Virus record (IMG/VR): IMGVR_UViG_3300009285_008166
Reading direction: 5' to 3' (one strand)
DNA from: a virus
Length of the DNA: 13,925 bases
Positions within the stretch are counted from its first letter, which is position 1. The number at the start of each line of letters is the position of its first letter. This document shows positions 6,865 through 13,371 of this stretch, one piece after another. The translations under genes were made by a program, and so were the position numbers. The notes beneath the pieces are model-generated. The model saw only the letters and a list, made by a program, of their open reading frames with translations. It did not search any database and was not told where the DNA came from.

Positions 6865-7665
6865 CTACTTCGACGTTATGAACGCAGGCCGGCCTATCGC
6901 CGTCGCCATGACGTTGATCGGATGGCCCTTCGGTTCTTTTGCGGCTGCGCGGACGCGCAGCCAAAGTTCATCAAACGCGGCGTCAGCTTCTGGCGTTGCC
7001 AGGTCTTCGGGGCCCCAGAAGTCGTTGATTTGAACAACCGGCACTCCGCGGGCGGCTAGCGCCGACGCTGTCTGCCAGATGAACGGGTCAAGCGCTTCTA
7101 GATAGGACAGTGGCACGCCGGCCTCAACCGTTCGGCCCCGGCGTTTCAAGTTGTCGTGGCACACGCGCGGCGGCAGCGCGCTGTGTATGACGACGTTGGG
7201 CCCAAGGACGTTGGACAGCATGACGTCGGCAAGACGGTCGTACAGGGCCGCGTGGCGGGGGTGTATGGCACCGGCGGCGGTCGCGACGCTCTTGAACGCC
7301 GGGTCGATGTACGGCCCGCCGTCGTGCGTGCACGTCACACCCAACATGCGAAGCCAGTGCGCGACGACGGACTGCGGGTAGCGTTCGGCAAAGGCGTAGA
7401 TTTGCATGAGCGCGCCACGGCCCCGGTCAATACCGGAGAGGGCATCGGGGTAGTAGTCGGCCAAATACTCGCCCCACAGAGGCGTGTCCACGGGTTCTAA
7501 AAACAGCGCGCGGGGCAACGGCGCCCGCCGGTGCAAGCCCCACGCGATTTGGGTCTTGGTCGATCCAATATTACCGATGACGGACACGTAGAAACCAGTA
7601 TCCACACGTTCGGACGCGAGCCCAAAAACAAAATCGCCGCTATTTTTGTCCGGCGTTTCGATCAT
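6865..7665 (-). CDS. Deoxynucleoside kinase family (dCK/dGK/dNK-like) protein, 266 aa, with an atypical P-loop GNIGSTKTQ
   Basis: VIGNIGSTKTQ resembles IEGNIGSGKTT. The LID-like RVCHDNLKRRGRTVEAGVPLSYLEAL resembles the dNK-family R.R.RGR.EE...YL motif. Confidence 0.55.
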   Translation of the reverse strand: MIETPDKNSGDFVFGLASERVDTGFYVSVIGNIGSTKTQIAWGLHRRAPLPRALFLEPVDTPLWGEYLADYYPDALSGIDRGRGALMQIYAFAERYPQSVVAHWLRMLGVTCTHDGGPYIDPAFKSVATAAGAIHPRHAALYDRLADVMLSNVLGPNVVIHSALPPRVCHDNLKRRGRTVEAGVPLSYLEALDPFIWQTASALAARGVPVVQINDFWGPEDLATPEADAAFDELWLRVRAAAKEPKGHPINVMATAIGRPAFITSK

Positions 7666-7918
7666 TGTCGTCGTACCCCCGGACGTTCAAATTGAGAATG
7701 TTAAGCGCCCACGCAATGCTTGTGATCGGCCACAGGACAATCAAGACAGCGATGAAAAGCAGCATGGCCCACGGCGGCCACGTTACGCGTTTCGTAACAC
7801 GATAAGTAACGGGCCTTGTAACCGTGATAGGCCAAAACGGACCCCACGATACACGCCAGACGACAGTCGCGCCCACGACAAACCAGCATAAGGCCAAAAA
7901 TGCAACCGGGACGGTCAT
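7640..7918 (-). CDS. Small integral membrane protein, 92 aa, with 2-3 TM helices
   Basis: Hydrophobic segments VPVAFLALCWFVVGATVVW and WAMLLFIAVLIVLWPITSIAWALNIL. ATG overlaps the upstream TGA (ATGA). It overlaps the kinase gene start by 26 nt. Confidence 0.6.
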   Translation of the reverse strand: MTVPVAFLALCWFVVGATVVWRVSWGPFWPITVTRPVTYRVTKRVTWPPWAMLLFIAVLIVLWPITSIAWALNILNLNVRGYDDNDRNAGQK

Positions 7919-9015
7919 GAAGCGTCGTTCAACCGTGGCAGTGCGTAGACTTCGGCGAGCGTCATTGACGCCGGCACAGGCGTGGGGGCGCGGCGCTCCA
8001 ACGACGCCGCAAGGCGCAGGGCGACGTCTTTGGGCAGTGGTTCAAAAACAACATGCTGGCAAAGCCGCCCGGGGCGTAGGATCGCCGGGTCCAACGTGAC
8101 ACTCGCGGCGTTCGTTGTAACAAACAGTCGCAGATCCAACGCCCGCCCCAAAATCCCGTCGGACGCGTTGAGGATAACGGCAATTGCACCCGCGTTGCCT
8201 TCGAAACGTTCGACGATAGCCGAGTCGGCGTCTTCGATTATCAGGTTTAACGGTTGGCCGTCGTCGATGTCGCTTCGCAGCCTAAGCAACGCCCGCGTCA
8301 AAGTTGGCGACGTCAAACCGGCGACGTCGGACGTCGGCAGCAAGACAAAGTCGCCCGCGGTTTTCGCCATCAAGCCTTCGAGCCACCGGGTCTTGCCAGT
8401 GCCCGGCGGGCCGGTAAGAACCGTCAGGCGGCCACAGGGTTCGCGGGCGGCGGTTTCGGCGACGGCGTGGTCGAACGCCTTTATGTTCCTGGCGCTGTAG
8501 TTAGCAGGAGCCAACGCCCCCGGCGTGACTTGGATACGCCGAAATTCCACGTGACCCATGTGTTCGACGGCCGCGACGTAGACGTTTGGCGCGTCCACGG
8601 TTACCGGTTCGACGTACAGAGGCTTAAGCCTATCTGCAAGCTCGGATACGAATACGCGTTCGCCAAGCAACTGCACGGCGCTGACAGCGAGCGGGTTAAC
8701 ACAGGCAGCAGCGTCGTCGTCATCGTCGTCGTTGCCATCAGCGGCATCTTTGACGTACCGCACCCACGCGATAGCGGTGCCGCCGTCAAACAAAAACGGT
8801 CGGTTTAGACTATCGTATGAAATCGGACGCATGGTTTCGGCTAACACGGGCACAACGTTGGCTGCGCAGCCCAGCCGCACTATAGCGCCCCGTTCCGCGG
8901 CATTAGGATCCTGCAAGACGGCAAGCCTGACCGCCATTGAAACGCCCGACGTGTCCGTCACGTTGGGGTTCATGTAGCTGAGCTTGACCCGCCAATTGAA
9001 TTTATCGCTCGACAT
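7915..9015 (-). CDS. Classic-clade AAA+ ATPase, 366 aa if it starts at 9015, with a ~200-aa N-terminal domain of unknown function containing a poly-Asp stretch
   Basis: Walker A GPPGTGKT, Walker B LNLIIEDAD, and a second region of homology VTTNAASVTLDPAILRPGRL. Start chosen at ATG 9015 because a GGGTGGA RBS precedes it. An in-frame ATG at 9066 would overlap the upstream gene by 64 nt. Confidence 0.75.
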   Translation of the reverse strand: MSSDKFNWRVKLSYMNPNVTDTSGVSMAVRLAVLQDPNAAERGAIVRLGCAANVVPVLAETMRPISYDSLNRPFLFDGGTAIAWVRYVKDAADGNDDDDDDAAACVNPLAVSAVQLLGERVFVSELADRLKPLYVEPVTVDAPNVYVAAVEHMGHVEFRRIQVTPGALAPANYSARNIKAFDHAVAETAAREPCGRLTVLTGPPGTGKTRWLEGLMAKTAGDFVLLPTSDVAGLTSPTLTRALLRLRSDIDDGQPLNLIIEDADSAIVERFEGNAGAIAVILNASDGILGRALDLRLFVTTNAASVTLDPAILRPGRLCQHVVFEPLPKDVALRLAASLERRAPTPVPASMTLAEVYALPRLNDAS

Positions 9016-10753
9016 AGGTCCACCCAGGCACGTCACGGGACGGCCGCAAGACTGACTGAACGACAACCTGCCCGATCAGGCCCGCGTCAACAGCTTTGCC
9101 AAACGCTACGAGCACGTCGGCCAGCGTGTCTGCATCAAACGGCCGCTCTTCTGGGATCAGGACCCGAAGCGGCGAGTCCGATCCCAATGCAGCCGCCGCC
9201 GCGGCAGACACCGTCGCCCACTCGGCGCCAGACAAGGCGACGTCGATTTCTTCGTTGCCGTCGCGGTTTCTAACGAGGCCGAACTTCCAGCCGCCGCGCT
9301 TCGACGTCAACGACATGCCGAATGTCCAGCCGGTGGGCAAGTAGGCTTGCACACGAGCGCTGAAGTCGATGATCTTCGCATCGACGGTGTCAGCGACGAA
9401 CGTATCGACCTTCTTGGCGAGCTTCTTGAAGACGTCCGACCGGCCTAGGCCCTCCGCAGCGACTTGCTTCAAGGCGCCCAGACCCTTCCAACGTCCGGCA
9501 ACGTCCATGAGCCGTGCATACTCGGCACGGGCGTTGGGCACAAGCGAAGCGTTGGCCGTTAGCCACCCGGCAACGTCCGCCCGAATATTCTCCGGCAACG
9601 TCGCCAACGCCGTCTGACACGCCGCGATGTCGGCGTCGATCTCGGCGATGCTACGCATCGTCGAGATCGACGAGATCGATGGCATCGACGGGGGCGACAC
9701 CGACGCTGCAAGCGCCGAAGGCGCGCGCAGCGCCGGTGTGTGTTCGTGGAGAAAGGCGTCGCAGCGGTTTTGGGCCGCCGTGAAGATGGCCGCTTCAGTC
9801 GGGCGTTCGCAGACGGGGCATGTCGGTATGCCTTGCTGCAAGCACATGTCGGCGACGGTCCTGACCGCACGCACCGCCGCCAAGATCGCCGGTGACACCG
9901 TCGACACCGTCGCCGCTGGCGCGGCTTCCGGTGTCGCCGGGATCGTCGACGTCGGCGTCGGCGCCGACAGCGACGGCGCGGCCTCGGCACGTTGGCGTTC
10001 GGCGTGCAGCATCGACAGGCGCTGTTCGACGTCGTGCATTCGAACGACGCTGTCCCACGCAGTCGCAAGCTCTTGGCTTCGGGCCTGGGCCGCGGCGATT
10101 TCGTCGTCGGTTGGCGGCGGGGGCAGGTCTTTCGTTGTCGTCTCAAGCGACGTCGTCGCGGCCTTGGACTCGTCCGAGGCCCGTTTGGCGGCGGCTGCTG
10201 CGACTTCGGCCAACGTAATCAGGACGTCGGCCGTCGTCGCGTCGGATGGCGCGCTCGCCTGCGCCGCCGCAAGGCAAGTCGCAAACTCGGCCGCGTACGT
10301 GCCACAGGCTTTGCGGCACGCTTTGACGAGGTCGTCGTTACCAACGACGGCGCGTAGGATCGCCCGGCGAGCGGTCTCCGGCGAGCCCGTGAGCACGTCG
10401 CGAACGTCGCGGGCCGGCAAGATGCCGTTTGCCGCGAACGGCGACTTCAGCGCCGGCCGGCCGCCCTTGCCGCGACCCGTAGACTTCACAGTCGCGACAG
10501 ACGTCGACCCGTCAGACAGCGTGGCCGTCGCCTTAAGCTCGGGGCCGTGATTTTGCGCCAGGGACAACAGCATCCCACCGTCGGCGACGGTGCTCCGGCC
10601 TTGAAGGTCATCGACCTTGCCCGTTAGGGCAAGTTCAATGGCCGAGACAACGCTTGTCTTGCCGGACGTATTCTTGCCGACAACGACGGTCTTGGGCGTC
10701 AAATCGACGTCCACGCCGCCTTTGACGTTGGCGGTAATGTGGGATACGTGCAT
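9002..10753 (-). CDS. SbcC/Rad50/SMC-family ATPase with a CPVC zinc hook, 583 aa
   Basis: Features, in order:
- N-terminal P-loop VVVGKNTSGKTSVVSAIELALTG.
- Q-loop-like ILPARDVRDVLTGSPETARR.
- Central Ala-rich and coiled-coil arms with a TCPVCE hook at aa ~311-316 (nt ~9808-9823).
- C-terminal signature LSGAE.
- Walker B-like LRVLIPEE.
- D-loop FDAD.
Start set at the internal ATG 10753. The ORF track's 785-aa form has an Arg-rich, non-protein-like N-terminal extension that overlaps the upstream gene. Confidence 0.7.
   Translation of the reverse strand: MHVSHITANVKGGVDVDLTPKTVVVGKNTSGKTSVVSAIELALTGKVDDLQGRSTVADGGMLLSLAQNHGPELKATATLSDGSTSVATVKSTGRGKGGRPALKSPFAANGILPARDVRDVLTGSPETARRAILRAVVGNDDLVKACRKACGTYAAEFATCLAAAQASAPSDATTADVLITLAEVAAAAAKRASDESKAATTSLETTTKDLPPPPTDDEIAAAQARSQELATAWDSVVRMHDVEQRLSMLHAERQRAEAAPSLSAPTPTSTIPATPEAAPAATVSTVSPAILAAVRAVRTVADMCLQQGIPTCPVCERPTEAAIFTAAQNRCDAFLHEHTPALRAPSALAASVSPPSMPSISSISTMRSIAEIDADIAACQTALATLPENIRADVAGWLTANASLVPNARAEYARLMDVAGRWKGLGALKQVAAEGLGRSDVFKKLAKKVDTFVADTVDAKIIDFSARVQAYLPTGWTFGMSLTSKRGGWKFGLVRNRDGNEEIDVALSGAEWATVSAAAAAALGSDSPLRVLIPEERPFDADTLADVLVAFGKAVDAGLIGQVVVQSVLRPSRDVPGWTYVER
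9890..9960. repeat. Direct repeat, copy A, of a ~56-70 bp segment with a 39-bp exact core (9907-9945). It lies inside the SbcC-like gene and encodes PATPEAAPAAT.
   Basis: The core CCGTCGCCGCTGGCGCGGCTTCCGGTGTCGCCGGGATCG is identical at 10986-11024. Confidence 0.8.
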
Positions 10754-10785
10754 GGTGTTTGTTCTTTCTGTTACAGGGTCAAGTG

Positions 10786-11400
10786 CTACCGCAGGGCCCG
10801 GCGGATGGTGCGAATCTTGTTGATTTCGACGTCGATGCTTGACGTAGCAGCCTTGTACGCCGCACGAGCCGCAACGCGAGCCTTCTGCAAGTCGGCGTAC
10901 GCGGCGGTCTTCGTTTTTTGCAACTCCCGCACAGCGTTGTCGAGCAGCCGTTGCAGGTCCATCGTGACGGTTGATGTCGGCGACGCCGTCGCCGCTGGCG
11001 CGGCTTCCGGTGTCGCCGGGATCGACGGCGTCGGCGGAACGTACGCGCCCGTGCCGCCGCCGTGCTGAGGCCGCCAAGTTCCCGCAGCGACGGCTGCATT
11101 GCGGAACAGCTTGTAGTGCGTGTCGCAGTAGCCGCGCGCGGCAATCGTTCGGCCGCACCGCATGCAGCCTCGTACGTACACCGGACGTTGCGGCGTCGGC
11201 TTCGACGTCGACGTCGGCGTCGGCGTAGACGTCGTTGGCTTCGTCCGGCTGCCGCGGCCCTTGGCCAAGGGCACCCACTTGCCCGCGGCAAGCGCGACCG
11301 TGCGTACGTGCTTCCAATGCTTCCGGCAAAGACCACGTGCGACGGCGAAGTCGCCGCACTTGCGGCAGTACAGCAGAGGCTTACGATCATTCGGTTTCAT
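10786..11400 (-). CDS. Tandem zinc-ribbon protein, 204 aa, with two CxxC-x9-[LY]CxxH[WY]K motifs of the actinobacterial 'HNH endonuclease signature motif' type, a Pro/Thr linker and a C-terminal coiled coil
   Basis: The two motifs are CRKCGDFAVARGLCRKHWK and CMRCGRTIAARGYCDTHYK. ATG overlaps the upstream TGA (ATGA). Its stop lies 32 nt before the SbcC-like start. Confidence 0.65.
   Translation of the reverse strand: MKPNDRKPLLYCRKCGDFAVARGLCRKHWKHVRTVALAAGKWVPLAKGRGSRTKPTTSTPTPTSTSKPTPQRPVYVRGCMRCGRTIAARGYCDTHYKLFRNAAVAAGTWRPQHGGGTGAYVPPTPSIPATPEAAPAATASPTSTVTMDLQRLLDNAVRELQKTKTAAYADLQKARVAARAAYKAATSSIDVEINKIRTIRRALR
10969..11040. repeat. Direct repeat, copy B. It lies inside the tandem zinc-ribbon gene, in the same reading phase, and encodes PATPEAAPAAT.
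   Basis: See copy A. Confidence 0.8.
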
Positions 11401-11882
11401 AGAAAGGCCCTTTCGAATTCGTTCTCACCCACAGGTTCGCCTGCGATACGGACTTTGGCGTAGTTTTGCCAAGCCAATTTCTTGTTGTAGTCGGGCTCCG
11501 ACGTGTCGTGTTCGGCTAGGCGCAACCCGACCACGACGGCGCCGACGCCGTTGCGCCAAACAGCGATCTGCCGGTTGTTCTCCAGCGCGGAGAGCACGAC
11601 ATCGTAGTTGCCTTTGCCAACGTAGCCATCCGGGTTCTCGACGACAACGAAATAATCAAAGTTCGGCTGGCCGCTTACGTCTCGACCCATGCCCGCCCAT
11701 GAACCCCACCCGCCCCAGCCTCCGCCGCCTTCTTTGTACCGAACAAAGGCGTCGGCTGATGTGAGAACGACGCCTTGGCCGTTAACTGCTGCGTAAACTT
11801 GGCGGGTGACTTCTGACATCGTCTCCGGCGGCGAATCTTTCGGAAACAGGATCAGGCCCTTTGGCCTAGCAACTTCCCCCAT
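11397..11882 (-). CDS. Hypothetical alpha/beta protein, 161 aa, with a Gly/Trp-rich loop (GGGGWGGWGSWAGMG)
   Basis: Start set at ATG 11882 because a GGGGGA RBS lies 5 nt upstream. The track's 178-aa form begins at TTG with no RBS. Confidence 0.55.
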   Translation of the reverse strand: MGEVARPKGLILFPKDSPPETMSEVTRQVYAAVNGQGVVLTSADAFVRYKEGGGGWGGWGSWAGMGRDVSGQPNFDYFVVVENPDGYVGKGNYDVVLSALENNRQIAVWRNGVGAVVVGLRLAEHDTSEPDYNKKLAWQNYAKVRIAGEPVGENEFERAFL

Positions 11883-11893
11883 GTCGATCCCCC

Positions 11894-11912
11894 ATGCTGA
11901 CTGCGTCAGCAT
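11894..11912. promoter_or_regulatory. Perfect 8-bp inverted repeat ATGCTGAC-tgc-GTCAGCAT immediately upstream of the RBS of the 161-aa gene
   Basis: Seen directly in sequence. Confidence 0.35.
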
Positions 11913-11942
11913 CACGCGAACAGCGAACGTCAAACGTCGAAA

Positions 11943-12200
11943 TCAAGCCGTGCAACGCAAGAATGCCAGCTTCGTCGCGTAGTCTTCTGGGTTGGCCGTG
12001 TCGGGCAGCTTCACGGTTTCAATGTGATCTATCACGTGACGTACCGGCGCTGTCACAGTCTCCGCGACCCAAGCGGCGTTACAGTCTTCACAGAGCATCG
12101 AGATCAAGCCGGTTTCCCAGACGTCGGGGGTGGTTCCACGCCAACACTGGGCTTGCGCGTCGTAAAACGGCCGTATCTGGATCGGCTTGACTTGTGCCAT
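11943..12200 (-). CDS. Hypothetical Cys/Trp-containing small protein, 85 aa
   Basis: ATG at 12200 follows the RBS-like GGTGGGAAACGAA. In the 97-nt region where it overlaps the 12104..12604 gene, GC3 is higher in this frame (about 71% versus 61%). Confidence 0.5.
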   Translation of the reverse strand: MAQVKPIQIRPFYDAQAQCWRGTTPDVWETGLISMLCEDCNAAWVAETVTAPVRHVIDHIETVKLPDTANPEDYATKLAFLRCTA

Positions 12201-12604
12201 TTCGTTTCCCACCCGGCGGGCTTTGGCTTCTTCTTGTGCTTACGCTTGCCGGTGGACGGAGATTCTAGACGCCGCTGTGTTTCCAGTGCCTGCACAGACG
12301 CAGCGCGTTCGGCTGCACGTCCGGCTTGCAGCAAGAACGTCGCGGCACGCTGCGCGGCGTTTGCCGCAACGGTAACGTAGAACGTGCCAGCGCTGTCGGT
12401 GTATGGCGATAGCCGTTGGATTCGCACTAGATCAGCCTCAACCAGCGCCTTTTCACGTTCAATCTGGGCGATGTCGCCTTCGATGACGATGCGTACGTGT
12501 CCGGCGGCGGGCGCTGCGTTACGAAGCGCACGCGCTGCACGCAGATGCTTTTTGATCGCCGTTAGCGAGTCGGCAAGATTTTTTGTGGCGACTTCCCGCG
12601 ACAT
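12104..12604 (-). CDS. Hypothetical coiled-coil protein with a Lys-rich basic tail, 166 aa. Apparently the first gene of the operon; leaderless start.
   Basis: ORF track. No RBS, but a promoter-like element ends about 7 nt upstream of the ATG. The last ~32 codons overlap the next gene in another frame. Confidence 0.55.
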   Translation of the reverse strand: MSREVATKNLADSLTAIKKHLRAARALRNAAPAAGHVRIVIEGDIAQIEREKALVEADLVRIQRLSPYTDSAGTFYVTVAANAAQRAATFLLQAGRAAERAASVQALETQRRLESPSTGKRKHKKKPKPAGWETKWHKSSRSRYGRFTTRKPSVGVEPPPTSGKPA

Positions 12605-12610
12605 GAAAGG

Positions 12611-12639
12611 AGACTACGCCTTTTCAACCGGCGTGTCAA
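12611..12639 (-). promoter_or_regulatory. Sigma70-like promoter. -35 TTGACA at 12639..12634, a 17-nt spacer, and -10 TAGTCT at 12616..12611. The predicted TSS is at or next to the ATG at 12604, giving a leaderless mRNA.
   Basis: Minus-strand reading: cTTGACAcgccggttgaaaaggcgTAGTCTcctttcATG. Confidence 0.45.
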
Positions 12640-12976
12640 GGGGGGCGCCAACCGTGCGTGAGCGCCGTTATGGCCCAGTCTGGCAGGCTTTTGTTTGTTT
12701 CCGCTTGACCAACGGCTTCCGCACGGAAGCACGCGTCGGCTGCGGTTCGTTCCTTCCCGGAGCGCGTAGTTCTGCTGTGATTAAACCCGGCAACGGTGAC
12801 GGTCCAAACAAACGTGTTTTCGATCAAGTCAACGTTCGCACACACGCTCAGGGGAAACAAGTACAAGTTCGGATGCATTTGACGCGATATGGCACACGTC
12901 CACGGGCTATGGTTAAGTACCTTCGGCGCCCATTGGAACTTGGTTCCCTTTGGCGGGAAGTAGTCTTGCGCCTTGC

Positions 12977-13369
12977 TCACGTCAGCCAACCCCGTAAACG
13001 CTCGTCGTATTCGCAAACGATTCGCCCGGCAAGAAACAAACGCGACGCCATGTCACGGGCGCCCCGCGACTGCGACTTGTCGGTGTAAAACGCGAAGCCG
13101 GCCTCCGGCTGGCCTTCATCGAGCATCTGCTGGTTTCGAATCGGACCGGCGCTTCGGCCGTACGTCGTCCAGTAGGCGGGAAAGCGAAGCACGGTCAAGC
13201 CGGCGGCGGTCGCTTCTTGCGCTGCGATACGGTCCGCGCCGCGGGCTTCGCCTTCGATGACAACGCACGGGGGACCTAACGTTTTCACGAGCGCGCGGAT
13301 CACACCCCTGTTTGTAAAGTCACGTGAGCCGCAGATCAAAACGCGGCGTAAGTTGTGCGTCCAGTGCAT
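12977..13369 (-). CDS. DUF2493 family (SLOG-superfamily, DprA/LOG-like) protein, 130 aa
   Basis: ICGSRDF...VVIEGEARGADRIAAQEATAAGLTVLRFPAYWTTYGRSAGPIRNQQM matches the recalled DUF2493 pattern CGGRDF...IIHGAARGADRLAGEWA...FPADW..HGKGAGMIRNQQM. Confidence 0.65.
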   Translation of the reverse strand: MHWTHNLRRVLICGSRDFTNRGVIRALVKTLGPPCVVIEGEARGADRIAAQEATAAGLTVLRFPAYWTTYGRSAGPIRNQQMLDEGQPEAGFAFYTDKSQSRGARDMASRLFLAGRIVCEYDERLRGWLT

Positions 13370-13371
13370 GA

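Noticed and set aside
9627-10550. 307-aa plus-strand ORF, together with 9892..10218, 9992..10357 and the Arg-rich minus-frame ORFs 9559..10146 and 10779..11390
   Set aside because: They are alternative frames of the SbcC-like and zinc-ribbon genes. Compositions are extreme Arg/Ala/Ser with no domain signatures.
9002-11359. The full 785-aa version of the SbcC-like ORF starting at 11359
   Set aside because: The first 202 codons are Arg-rich, overlap the zinc-ribbon gene entirely and lack the SMC N-terminus. The SMC P-loop domain begins exactly at the internal Met at 10753.
12636-13016. 126-aa minus-strand ORF in the gap upstream of the operon promoter
   Set aside because: It overlaps the DUF2493 gene by 40 nt. 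Its composition is not protein-like and its GC is low. The region contains promoter-like and hairpin elements, so it is treated as a noncoding regulatory region. Confidence in this call is low.
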